64,000 nt of DNA from Callorhinchus milii (lineage: Eukaryota), in contig NW_024704743.1 in assembly GCF_018977255.1 (NCBI RefSeq), positions 18,106,001 to 18,170,000 on the forward strand. Reading direction: 5' to 3'. The notes below the pieces were generated by a model, which searched no databases, was not told the origin of the DNA, and saw only the letters and a program-made list of their open reading frames with translations. The translations under genes and the position numbers were made by a program. Positions 22,636-36,190 of this stretch are shown here, piece by piece (position 1 is the first letter of the stretch; the number at the start of each line of letters is the position of its first letter).

Positions 22636-23419
22636 AGAGGCTCAGCAGGATTTTCCGATAGTCACTATGTGATGACTTTGGGAGTATTACAGCCATGGCT
22701 GACCTTACGGTTACCTGATATCAACATGTATACCTTCTAGCGGTGATCTGAAAGGTGAATCCTGCCTGATTTTCACTTCCCAGGAGTGCTGAGGCTAATT
22801 GTAGCATTTAACGTTGATCTGGCTGCAATCGGTTAGTTCAGATTATTTGAAACCTTTTGATTTGCCTTGCTTTGTGCTACATTTGGCCAGTGGGGAGCTA
22901 TAGGCTGGAGTTCTGAAGTCACATTGGCTGGGAAGACATTGAAAGACACATTGAGGTGTTTCTATAATAGAGTGGCAGACAGCAATATCAATCATTTGTT
23001 TTAAAAATCAAACTTCGAACCATTCTTGATAAATTTCTTGGCACTTTCGTTCATTTAATGGGTTAAACCTGAGGTTGAGCTAGGTTTGTAAGGAATGAAG
23101 ATTCTTGTATTTTTCAATGGAAAAAGCGGAAATGTCTCTTGCACATTTATTTGCTTCTCACCCCACTTTTGCAAATGTTCCTCTTTGATGTAAACCAGAA
23201 ACTCACCAGTTAACTGGCTGCCGGGTTTCACCCATAAAATAGTCAATTCACTTTACAGTATACCCTTTGAAGCATGTTGAGACATCTCAATGATGTGATA
23301 AGGTACTATATCAAATGCAAGGATTATTATTATTATTTTCATGTCACAAATATCACACAGATCATTACCACAATCAAGAGCAAGTTATCATTCTGTTCAC
23401 TTACACTTACGTTTAAGTA

Positions 23420-23650
23420 GCAAGACAAGAGGACACAGGTTGTGAAGAGCAAATTTAAGATAAATATCAGAAAATATTTATTTACAGAGGATGGTTAACA
23501 GGTAAATCGGAATCGTTAATGGGTAAATCGGAAGGGTGGAAGAGACCAGGACACTGGACACATTTAAGAAACATCTGTAATGGGATGACATGAGGGTGGA
23601 TTTCCAGTAAAGATTAAATGATGAGAAGCCATCTTCACATGATCCTCTCT
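23420..23650 (+). mobile_element. Decayed CR1 3' fragment
   Basis: ACAAGAGGACAC (TRGH), TTTACAGAGGATGGTT and ACATTTAAGAAACATCTG. Confidence 0.6.
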
Positions 23651-26600
23651 GTGTCTTCTGCACTCTTGTCCTCTGTAGTTTCTTGAACGATTCAAGCAGC
23701 TGTTTAAAACTCTGAATATGATCTTCAGTGATTAATTTGGGTACTACTTTCTTAGTGACACTTTTCATTTCCCTTCCAGTGAAATCCATCCCAGTTTCCA
23801 AAACAGCATATCAATCGAGTGTAACCATAATGTGGCACAAATGGTTGAATTTTGGGTGTGACCAAAGTGGAAATATCACTGTAGTTCAAACCACACGAAT
23901 ACAATTCCCATGCAAATAGCAGTGAAAATCCATATAATTTGCATTGAAACAGATATGCTTCACAGGATCTAACTATGTAGAATGAGTATTCTGACATCCA
24001 TTTGGCATCTTGAGTCTGCACAAGAATATTGAGATCAGGTTTCATTCTTACAAAGCAGAATAACCATTTATTTCAATCTTTCCATCACTCTTTGAAAAAT
24101 GGCATTATTCAAATATTTTGTGAAGAAGATAGTACGATTTAAATTTCTTCAACTAATTAAAATTTTGCTCAAAAAAACTCAACTCTGTTTTCTTTTAATA
24201 CAGCACAGTAAAATGTAACTTTTTGAAAAAAAAGGATACATTCGTCCCTTCTGGGAGTTTTCGAAACCAGACATTTTGAGAATTGAGCTGATGGTGATAA
24301 CCGTGCTTGAAGTTTATCTTGGTTTATCTGGAGTGTGCATTACCTTATGTTTTAAGTTAATGGACATTTCGCCCCCAAAATATAGTCAGTTCACTTTGCA
24401 GTATATTATGTGAAGCGCTTTGAGACGTCTTGAAGACGTGATAAGGCGCTAATTAAATGCAAGCATTATTATTTAGTAAAATTATTTAAATACAGAAAAC
24501 ATCATAATGCTAGAAAGTCAATAGAAAATATTCAATAGCTTGCATCCAAATGCTTTTCACCCACAAAATATAGTTAATTCAGTTTACAGTATATTCTGTG
24601 AAGCGCTTTGAGATGTCTGAACGACATGATAAGGTGCTATACTACATGTAAGAATTATCATTATTAAGTAGTACATTTTCAAAAGACAATATACATCTGG
24701 GTTAAATCCTGCACTTCTGTTAAAACTCCTTTGATAAGTGCTGTTCAACTTGGGCCCAAGTATTTTTTTAAGAACTGCTGAAAACTGGTTTCCAAATTAA
24801 AACCAAACTTAATTTTCTACAATTCCGTAAAATCTTAAATTTTAAGATAAAATGGTCTTTTAGGCTAAGACTGGGTGACATGTTGGAGTTTCATAAATGC
24901 ACAGATCATGAAAAATACATTAGGGTGTCATTTTAATGTTAGATGTGAATAGTTTTTTGTTTAACTCCAATGATATATGGACCGTAGCACAATAGAAAAT
25001 TTCCCATCAGCTTAAAATAAACAGAAATTCTTACACTGAGGAGTATCACTGTCAAATTATTCTCGCCAATGGATCAGTTCAACATAATATCTGAGATTAC
25101 GTACCACCATCATACACTCAGAAACATTTAGCTCTCAACTACACAAGGCATAGATATCCATTTGTGGAACACTGCAGTGCATAATTGCTTGCTGCGATTC
25201 GCCCACAAAGTAAATTCACGACAGTTTTTTTTCTGTGAAGCGCTTTGAGAATCTTAGCGATGTGATGAGCTGCTATATCAACTCAAGGATTATTATTATA
25301 CAAACAATAACTTAAAAAGTTGCTGCTTATTCTTTAAATTCTTTAAAGGACATATCTAATGGATTTAAAAGTTTATTTTTTTATACATTTTGTAACGGAA
25401 AGGTGTGCATATGGGCTGCAGCAAACACACAAAGTGTGGAGAAATGTTATCAGTTTGTGGACAATTGTATAGTTGAACGACGTGTTCTATTCTCTTGTCC
25501 CTATTTATGGCAGTGGACAATGTTCCAGTAGTAGAAGAAGTTGAAATTATGCAGTGCCTGAATTATTCTCGCAAAATATATTTTAACTAAAATAAATTTT
25601 AATTTAAAATAACTATTTGCACTTCCCTGAATTCCAAGAATATATACTGGTTTGATTTTGCCAATCATTAAAAAATGGTGAACTTGCTTTTGGCCATTCT
25701 ATTATGAACAAGCAACAAAAAAGATAGTTAATTTTAGTTTTCGCACACATTGTGGGCTCAAGCTTTATATTATGACTGGTAATTGATAATGTAGGGCTGG
25801 TTGACACTTCAGTGCAGTGCTGGGGAGTGTTGCAATGTCGGAGGTGTCGTGAAGTGTATGTGTGTGTTGTGAAGAGAGCTTTATAAATACAAGTTGTTAT
25901 TTTCCGACAAACAGCAATAAGTCAATTGAGCACATTTGTCCCTTTTTTTGGTGAATGTCCAAATCTATTCTTCTATATGAGGGCCATGTAGCAAATCTGT
26001 TTACTTACTGCATCTTACACACAAACTAACTAAAAGAAACATTTTTGAGGAGATTGGAAATCTTCACTTATTCAGTGAAGATCTTTGACACAATTGCTCA
26101 GTTACTATATCTTACTTTTGCCCTGTATAGGCTGGTCAGTGCACAGGGTCAGTCTTCTAAACTGGGGGAGCAGAAGAAATATCCATCTGTTTAGATATAA
26201 TACAGCAATCATTTCAATACCAGTTTCTTAAAGAAAAGACGGTGCTTCAATAAATAAGTATAAATATAGGTTTTATTTAAAATTACAGCTGTAAAAATTA
26301 ATATTGGGTGTAGGCAAAAGGAATAAATTCAAAGCATGTAAAACGACAGTTAATACAAAATGTTTTGCATTTAACATCGGGAAGTTACAACCGATGCAAC
26401 AATAGAAAATTATGGCACAAAGTTTACGGTCCGCCCTAATTGGTAGAGAAAGGTTTTGTGGCAGTTATGAAAAATATGACAAAGCGCTGTGGTGTACAAA
26501 GAGAATACCACAGGGCATTAAACTCTAAACATTGTTGGAGGGTATGCAAGACCGTACTATCCTGTGCCTGACAAAAATGAGTTAAGGACTTTGAGGTAAA

Positions 26601-28929
26601 TAAATACAGATGAAAGGCACATGCAAGAGGCGTTCAAAAGCAGAATGTAAAATCAATCACTCTCATTTGTTTTTAGCTGCCAGAGGCTTACGGCTGATCT
26701 TCTTTGTTTTGTCATTAACTTTCTTCGGAGGTTCGGGATTTGCTTGCATATGTCGACCGTAAAGGCTGCAAGAAAACAGAAGTGACGGTTCAGCAAACGT
26801 AGCAATAGTTCATAAGAGGCGAGACAATTACACAAATTGTATTGAGGCAGAAAGACAGAGTGCCCATTTACACCACTGTGAGCTCTGTGCCTAACCAGAA
26901 AACCCATGGGGTCAATAAAGTGACAGAGAGAAATGGTGCCACAGGCCTCCTAGGCTATTCCAGCATGATTGATGGCATAGAGATAGCCCATTGCCATCAA
27001 TGCCACATTAATAAGTACTGCCGATTACATGTTGACAAAGAATCCTGCCATTAAAGTGATCTAGGTTTTGCAGCGTTCAAACCACACTTGCAAAGATTAA
27101 AGTTAAATTCAGTTAGTAATTAAAAGGAGTTTAGATTCTTTACCATCATTCCAATTAAACTGCTACAATTAGAAAGCGATTGCAGTTAAAATTTCTGCGA
27201 GTGTTAAGACTAATGATTTATAGATACAAGTCTGGCCGTGTTGTGTATTTACTGTATTACTCTGTAATTAACACAGGTTAATTTTACAATTTTTTAAAAT
27301 TACCAGTAACCTAGCACCTTGATGGCAATTGAAAGCTTTTGTTAGCTTATTTCCAGAACAGATTTCTTTTTGCGGACATCCAATGCATTCAACAAAACAT
27401 TAAATTTTTTGGAAATTTGAATAATATTAAATTTCAATCGGTGCATTATGTCACAACCGTTTCAAGGACATTTAACCACCTGACTTTTTACTATGCGATC
27501 TTCATACCGCTGAAAAACAATGTAAATTTTCAAATCACTTTACAGGGTCTGTAAAATATTTCTGTGGATCCGCAGCACAGTGGTGGAAAATTTACAGTTA
27601 AAGTTATGCTAATTTTATTCTGAATACAAACACTGCACTGCTTACTAATGTGGCCGGGATAAGAAAAAAATGGGAAGACAGTGGCAGGAATGAACAAACT
27701 TGAACACAATCAAGTGGAAAGATGCTCATTAAGGTTTTATCAGGCCACCAGCAACAATGCCCTAACTTAATAAAAATGGTCTGAGATGATAGCAGGGATA
27801 TTAACTGAGTCTTTGGTTATGTATCAGGGGTCTAATCTGTCACTGCAATGCACATAGTTCAGTAGGCACGGTCCCAAGGGAGGAAAAGAATACACTTCCA
27901 AGTTAATAAATGCAGGAAAGATCAATAGATGGCGCTTGTTTCTACATTTGGCAAGTCACAAATATGTTTTACTTTTAATTAAACCATTAACTATTGCATA
28001 ACTTAGCCAAATATCATTTAATTAAAACATAATATAATATGCCAAGACCTTATTTCACTATCTGTAGATTAATCACTGGACAGAGCACTCCTAAAGGTAA
28101 TTCCTATAATCTATAATAATATATAACAATATATAATAATCTATACTCGCTTCAGAGGACGCACTGAATTGGGCCAGTCGCATTTGTGTCGATTTGATTG
28201 TAATCTACGTCCTTGTATTTCCTATACCATTTTGTTAAAAGAAAGTGATGGAAAGAATTCATATCTTAGAAGCTGGTCAGGTTTGCTTTGGAACGAACCA
28301 TCGCGGTTGGTGATGGTGGGGGCGGGGAGGGATTTCATCAGCTTCAGAATACAGACAACAGGCTGGAAACAAACAACCAAGACAATGACAGGTGCAGCCA
28401 ACTGAATAACAATATCACAGAATAACCCGAGAAAAACGTGAAATTCTCAGCTCAAAATCTATTCTGTACATAAGACGGCAGAGATGCATTTCCACCTGCT
28501 AGTTTAAGGCCACTTTTAGCTCACTTTAAACTCTTCACATTTGTCCTTCTTACAAAAACTACTGAATGGCTTTAAAGGTTTCCTGTTCCTTGAACGTGAA
28601 AGCAAAAAACAGAAGGAAAATATTCACCATCGCTGAAAATTTAAGAGGTAAAATGACAGTCGGGAGTCATATAGATGCCCTTTGACCCGCATCACTGCTC
28701 AGTTTTTTTAGAGCTAAATAGGGTGAAATAGGTGTATTTGTATGCACCTCCTCCCTTCAGCTCGGGGAGGGCAGGAAACAAAAGGAGGTAAGTTTTTGTA
28801 CTGGTATGAATTCTTCAAAACAAACAAAGCATCTTGGTCCTTGTAGCTCAGACTTCCAGATTTAAATTTCATTCCACGGCGAACAAATTGCAAGTTCTTT
28901 ATTGGGGGGAAAAAAAAGAACTAGTGTAA

Positions 28930-29185
28930 CTGATAATGATCTTTACATTTCATCGTGCCTTATCACATCAAAACAATGCAGCATACTTTACGGAAACCCT
29001 CATGATGCACCCTGACTATATTTGTCAGTGAAGGCAGGAGCAAAGTCTCACAAACTGCCATGATGTGAACAACCATTATTTTCTGGGGAACTGGGGGCCG
29101 GACACCTGAGAAACTTTTCTTTTTTGAATAGTGCCACGGAATCTTTAACTGCCACCTGAATATCTGTTTAACGTCTTATCTGAAG
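28930..29185 (-). mobile_element. SINE family B fragment, followed by an L2 fragment to ~29335
   Basis: GGACACCTGAGAAACT..GAATAGTGCCACGGAATCTTTAAC..TTTAACGTCTTATCTGAA. Confidence 0.7.
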
Positions 29186-31619
29186 GCCCAATTTCCCCGT
29201 GGACAGGTGATGGTAGACATCTGAAGACGGGTAAGAAGGAGCAAGGTGGAGGGATTGAGGTAGAGTGCCAAAATTTCAGGGCATCGTAGCTGAAAACATG
29301 GCTGCTAATGGTGGAGTGGAGGGGATATGCAGGAGACAAAATATAACCTTGTGGTGTTTGCCTCGTCAAAACCTCAACCTCAACATGGCCATCAGACGAT
29401 GTTACCTACACATGCAAATAAGCACTTCTGAACAAATAATGGTTCCATTTATACCAGACATACTTCATACTGTGTCATTTAAAATATTTCACAGTGAGTG
29501 AGGGAAATGGAGAAACGGGTACTTTACAGACATTTGTAATTCCTTTTAGAATCTAAACGCAGCCTTGAGGAGGATAAAATAAAAGTGACTGAAGTTGTGA
29601 AATACACATAATTACGTTTGTTACTTTTGTACAAGATTCACAAAGTTCCATTATGTAGAAATTGCAACGCTGACATACTGCAGGTGTATGTATCCATAGA
29701 GAGGTGTTCTGCTGTGATTTAAATTGGCAGAAGCCGCAATTCATTTGAACTACGATCATTGTACTCTGAGGTTGGCGTTCAACCAAAGGCACGTTCCACT
29801 GACAGAAGGGAAAGAAGAAAGTGGAAACCAATGTCCTCTGAACCAACTTGCAATTTACTACACGTTTGAATCAGGTTATTGAGTTCTTGTTCATAAAAAC
29901 AGATTTTTACTTTGATGTCTAAGTCACAAGCGCATATTATCATGCCGGATAATTATCCATAAGGTAGCAGATTTCAGTAACCGGTCATGTACACTGTGTA
30001 AATTCATAATTTTATAAAACAAAAATTACAAATCAGAGGATCTTAATCTTTCCAGAAATCCCCTCTCATTTCCAGAAATAGACAAGAATTACTGAAAATA
30101 GATCATTGATCCAGTGCTATTTGAAGCATCAAATGTATTTATTTTCCAATTAGTTTTTAATTGTCGTATTTAAATAAGTGTTATCAGCCGAAGAGATAAA
30201 CAGCATTCTGGATCAAATAGACTTGTATTACGTTTATTCTTCCAGTAGCTGTTATTTAGTTCAAAGGTTAGAGAAAATCTAATTCATATATAAGGATTCA
30301 AAACTAACATCTCTATACAGTAAAAGCAATCATTTGGAAAGTCATTCCTTCAATGTATAGAATGGATTGAAAATATCAAAGCTGTTTCTGAGGCAGTTCT
30401 GATTTATTGCCTTTACAGTTGTACAGAACTAAAATAAGTCAATTTCCAATTATTTAGCCCGAAATAGCACCAGGATAATCCAGCTCCCATACAGACATAA
30501 GTTGAAATGTCTCTTTTCTTGTTTGTCACTTGCACACCTGCAATCTCTTCTGAAGCGTATGCACGGGGATTCAGCTTTACAGCACATTACTCCTACTGCT
30601 GTCATATCACCACTTTGTTAGTCAAACATCTTGTTACAATGAAGTAATACTGGAGTCAGGGCAAATCAACTGGAGGAATAACTGCTTCCATTTAAATACA
30701 TCAATTTGTGGCTTGCATAGTGAACTGGGTTTGATTTGATTTTAAAAAAACATACACTTCTGATTCAATTCAACCAAAGCAGAGAATTTACAGGCTCATA
30801 TTAAAGAGATATGAAAACAGTCCAAGGAACCTTTAAGTGGATCAAGAATCTGAGGGAACTAGATAGTCTTCTCTCATTTCCACTAACAGAACAGAAGAGC
30901 TTTGAGACATCTCACAAATGTGTTAAGGCCCTATATCGTATGCAAGGATGATTATTATTATTATTGGTTGAGAACTGAGCACTGCAGACATAGGAACAGA
31001 CATTTTCAGTTTAGACAAAGCATCTAGCCAATGTCTCTGACCTTGCCACCTGTACCTTATTTCCCCAAAGACCCCCTTTTTATTAATATCACTTTTCAGC
31101 TCTTTTCACAACATCTGGGAAAGTCTCGAGGGGATATTTATTACGTGCACTAATTGTGTTCTGCCGCTCTGTACAAAACACAAAACTTCTCATCACTTGC
31201 CTGCCCATACTCTTCTTTCTGTCGCTTGTAAGCCCCTTCCCACCTCCCAAGTCTCACAGCTTGATCTCTTGGGGCAGAAAGAGGTGTCAAATTAACTTGC
31301 TGTAATAAAGCATTGCAGACTGAGGTAGCCACAACGCCCCAGTGAAGTTTTAAGAAGGGGTTCTGCACAGTTTTAAAACATTTTCTTCTTCAACTTCAAC
31401 AAATTTAATGCACAATTTCAGCCAGGATTTTTTTTCTTCCCCTGACAGACAAGTGCCCTGATTTTACAATGCAAACATATGCAACCCTTAAAAAAATGTT
31501 TGCAGTTATATAAGGCCCACAAAACACACAGTCGCTCCACTTTATCCTGTGAAAAGCTTTGAGATGTCTCAACGATGTGACGTGGCTCTATATCAAATGG
31601 AAAAAATATTATTTATTAC

Positions 31620-31790
31620 TATAATGCCGTGGGATCTTTAATGTCCACCAAAACAAATAAAAGTGACCTCAGTTTATCGTCTCATCTGGAAGACTGGACT
31701 GTCATCCTACACTAGGAGTTCAAAGTGGGACTTGTGCACACAGCTTTCTGACATAGAGGTGAGAGTGCTAGTAACTGAGCAAGGTTGACA
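31620..31790 (-). mobile_element. SINE family B fragment with head
   Basis: GCCGTGGGATCTTTAATGTCCAC..GAGAGTGCTAGTAACTGAGC. Confidence 0.75.
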
Positions 31791-31937
31791 CAACATTAGA
31801 ATAAAATAAAGAGTAATTTGTACGCCAAACATTCACTTGTGAGAGGAAAGAAAATATATAAAATCTGTACTCAGTTTAAAGAGATGTGTTTGCTGCTGGT
31901 CCTTACAGGTTTACAATTGTAAGGTAGTGGTTTACAA

Positions 31938-33560
31938 GAACAACACCAAAATTACATTTGCGTAGCGCCTTTCATGATAACCAAAGGCGGGGTAACCGAA
32001 GAGGGTAACCGAAGGCGGGGTTGAAGAGGAGGATGTTGAGATGGGTGGAGGGACTGAGGGATAGAGTGCCAGAGGATGGGGGCAGAGTGTCAGAAGGCCC
32101 ACCTGTCGATGGTGGGACGGGCGAGGTGGGGGATGTAAAGCAGGCCAGAGCCTGCTGAGCGGAGAGAGTGAGCAGGACGCTGGGGGCTTAGGAGGTCACA
32201 GAGGTAGGGGGGAGCAAGACCATGGAGGGCTTTGAAGGTGAGAAATAGGATTTTGAACTGTACCTTCTGTGTGATGGGAAGCCAGTGGAGTCGGGCAAGG
32301 ATGGGGGTGATATGGTTGCGGAGCCTGGTGTGGGAGACGACACGGGCTGCAGAGTTCTGGATTATCTGTGGTCTATGGAAGGAGTTTTGGGGGAGGCCGA
32401 CAAGCAGGGAGTTTGCATAGTCAAGCCTGGATGTTATGAATGCGTGTATGAAGGTCTCGGCGGCCTGCGGTGTGACAGCGGTGGAGCCGAGCGATGTTGC
32501 AGAGGTGGGGGAAGGCAGAGCGGGTCATGGCACGGATGTGGGGTAGAAAGGATAGTTGAGGGTCAAACAAGATGCCAAAGTTCTGGACTGACTCAATGAG
32601 CTGGAGTGTGCAACCATGGATGGTGATGTTGTCAGTGCCTGAGATGTGGACGCCTAACGGAGCCAATCAGGAAAGCCTCGGTCTTGTTGACGTTCAACTG
32701 TAGAAACATGGCTCTCATTTAAGACTTGATGTCCGACAGACATTCTGTCGAGGATGGAGGCAGAGAGATACAGTTGGGTGTCATCTGCATACCTGTGGAA
32801 ATTGACCCGATGTCTGAGAATGATGTTACCAAGAGGGAGCATATAGATAATGAAGAGGAGGGAACCGACAGAGCCCTGAGGAACGCCACACAAGATGGCC
32901 AGGGGCTAGAGGAGAAGGCGTTTGTGGAGATGGAGTGGAGGTGGTGTGAGAGGTACGATCTAAACCATTCAAGAACCATGAAGGTTGAGGTGAGAGGAGA
33001 TGTGATGGAGGAGGACAGAGTGGTCAACGGTACCAAAGGCAGCAGAGAGGACAGGGAGGATGAGGAGGCAGAGGGAGCCCTGGTTGCAGATGGACAAAAT
33101 GTAATTTGTCAATTTGACCAAAACTGTTTCTGTGCTGTGGGCGGCACGGAAACCCGGTTGGATGGGTTCCTGAAAGGAGTGGCCGGAAAGGAAGGAGCGA
33201 AGCTGGGAAATAACAACTTGTTCCAAGATCCTGGAAAGGAAAGGGAGGTTGGAAATAGGGTGGTAGTTTGGTAGCAGGGATGGGTCCAGGGAGGTTTTTT
33301 AAGTATAGGAGTGATGACAGCTGTTTTTAAAATAGTGGGAACGGTACCAGTGGACACGGAGAGGTTTATGATGTCTGTGAGTAGGAGGACAAGGAGGTGG
33401 AACTGGCAGATAAGGAGAAGGGTAGGGATGGAGTCGAGGGAGCAGGTGGTCAGTTTCATGTGGGTTATGGTGGTGGTGAGAGAGGAGGGGAAGACAGGTT
33501 TGAAGGTGTGGAGGGAGGGATGGGTAGGGGCCGGGGTGTGAGGGTGAGATGGGGAATGCA
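31938..33560 (-). mobile_element. L2 LINE, 5'-truncated ORF2 (RT) with 3' end, degenerate
   Basis: KTAVITPILKKP, QPGFRAAHSTETVLVK, SAAFGTVDH, GVPQGS and YADDTQLY across frameshifted ORFs; L2 tail at ~31938-31978. Confidence 0.95.
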
Positions 33561-35730
33561 AGCCATAATAGTATTTCTATTTTAGCTAAGGGCACCATCT
33601 TCCATGCTCACATTTATTTCAAAAGGTGTTTTTGTCAGTCGGTGTGTTTTGATAAATTCAGTCAGTTGACACTTCTGCAGAGGGGGAAGGGATAGGCAGC
33701 TCTGGCCACTGACAGGAGACATTCTGACAGTCACATTGCCTCTTGTGATAATTTCAAATCAGGACGATTGACAGCATAACAATTATAATAATAATCCTTG
33801 CATTTGATATAGCGCCTCTAGATGTCTCAAAGCGTTTCACAGAATATACTCTAAAGTAAATCATACACTTATATACCATATTTTTGGGAGCGAAATGATT
33901 TTCATAAAATGATGCATCGGCAGCATGAAGGCTCACAAAAACATGGTTATGCAGACTCACTAAACTCACTGGAATTGAAACCAAGATCTTAATATGCATG
34001 TTATTAAGCATCATTTCCAACAGCTTAAAATCACATGTGTGAAGTCTTTAAAGTAGTTTTCACTAAAATCCATTTTTAATGGAATCCCAAAAAGCACAGA
34101 CCGAAATGCCGCATTCAGTACTACATTTGTTCTTCAGGATAACTTGCATTTATTTAGCTCCCTTCAAGTAGGTTAACAAAAGAAAGTGCAAGGGGAGTGT
34201 GATAATCATAAGGATTGTCGAAGAGGAAGTCAGCATTCCGAGACACTAGGGTGCTATATAAAGTTGTTGTATGTTGCTTTAAAGTGGGATTTAAAGACTG
34301 ATAGAGAGCCGGGGGGGGGGGGGGGGGGGGGGGGTAGCAGAGGTGTAGCGGCAGGGAGTTCAGGATACAGATCAAGGCTGAAAACAAAGATTAAGTACTA
34401 CACTTGTCCTGCAACAAGTACATTGATTTGTTTGGAACTCTTGCATTTAACATTAACACCGAAAGCCTTCACTAACTGAATACAACCTTAATCCTGTGTG
34501 TTAAGTACAGCACCAGTACATTAGTACTGGGAATAGTTATGCATAAAATGTGTTTCAGTGGATTTAGTGGATAGCTTTAAAAGACTGAAGAAAATTGTAC
34601 AATGTGATTCCATAAAATCACATTTCCCATTATGAATTACTTTATTGCTGGAAGCAAGTTGAAAACCCTTTCTGACCTGGTGGTACACTTCTTAGAGAGA
34701 CTGCAACTGAACAGCTCTGCCCGGAGGTTCAAGAGAGGCTACTACTTTTTGACAAGATCATCATCTTCCAGAAAAATTAACTACTCACTGCAAGGATTTT
34801 AGCTTTGCCTGAAGCAAGTCTCAATTTAAGTAAAGTGATTTGGGGTGGGGGAAGAGAGAAATACAACCAGGAACTCAATCCTGTTAGCTTCTCGGTGACT
34901 CTGAAGAGAAAAGTACATGTGTATGGATCTTCAGCAAGAATAGTCCATTAGTTTGCTGGATTCAATATACCAAAAAGCTTTTGAGGGATGAATCCATACT
35001 GCAACAAGACCCAAGACACCAACAACAATTTGCATTTTGCAACAACATAAAAATTTGCTCAAAATTGACTCAAAATTGTGTCTAGTATTAGCCTCTAACT
35101 TAGTATCTATTGTATTTATCCTAAAATGTAAAATTGCACAGAATTGTGGGACAAATCCTAATTTGGAAGTTATTGTTTATGGACTACAAACAACAGCTTA
35201 CAAATAAAAACCAAATGTTCCTGATTCTGCACAATCTTAAATTTTAAAACAAAATATTCTTCTAGCCTGACTGGGTGGAATTTCTGGCCTCCAGGGTCTA
35301 GAAGAGCGAAAAAGAAAAAAGGCAATAAGCTACAATCAGAATTAATATCACACCTTTCATGTCAGGAGTACATCTCAAAATGCTCCACATTATAATAATA
35401 ATCCTTGCATTTGATATAACCCCTCATCACAGCGTTGAGACGTCTCAAAGCGCTTCACGGGATATACGGTGAAGTGGATTGTCTGAATTTTGTGGGTGAA
35501 ACGCACAAAGATGACCAAAGGCCTGGTCAAAAAGATCACGATGACTGGCAATAAGATTATTCATTATTAAACTACAGTGCTAAATTCCACTAAAATGCCT
35601 TCTATAAAATGGGTAAGGAAAACCATGTCACTAAGATTGCCCAGCCATAATGCAAACTTTTAAAAGTAACTGGATCTCAGGATGCTGCAAAAGTCCACGT
35701 CTTTGTAGATTGAAACTTCCATGACCATCA

Positions 35731-36190
35731 TAACAATTTGCATTTATATAGCACCCTTCACCCAGGGTAGTGTCCCAGAGCGCTCCACAGTGGCAGAGGA
35801 TAACTCCGAGCCAGGGGGAGATAGCTGTCGACATGATCGAAGAAGAAGATCTTCAGGCAAGACCTGAAGATGGGTAAGGAAGGGGCAAGGCAGAGGGATA
35901 GTGGAAGAGTGGTCCAGAGTTTTGAGATATAGTGGCCAAAAGCGCGGCCATCACTGGTGGAACGGAGGGCACGAGACAAGCTGGTCGAGTGGAGGCAGCG
36001 GGAAGTGGTTTGGGGAGTACGCAGGTCGGAGAGGTAGGGAAGTGCCAGGGCATGAAGGGATTTTAAGGTGTGTGAGGTACTTGAAATCGCTAGGGAGCCA
36101 GGCTGGAACTGGTGTGATGGGGGTATGGAGTTTAGCACGGGTGAGTATGCTGGATTTTGTGGCTGGTGGAGCTGGGGAGACCGGGGAGGA
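35731..36190 (-). mobile_element. L2 3' fragment, second tail type
   Basis: LHALALPYLSDL..GRAF..KLWTTLP.SL..FRS.LK (ORF 35758..36138); tail CTACCCTGGGTGAAGGGTGCTATATAAATGCAA. Confidence 0.88.

Noticed and set aside
27810..27830. miR-9-like TCTTTGGTTAT (also let-7-like TGAGGTAG at 31321 and miR-218-like TTGTGCTTG at 57264)
   Set aside because: Only the first 8-11 nt match, and I see no complementary precursor arm.
34311..34334. Long poly-G run as a functional G4 element (also ~9221-9262)
   Set aside because: This run sits in a decayed L2-like remnant, and homopolymer lengths are unreliable in assemblies.
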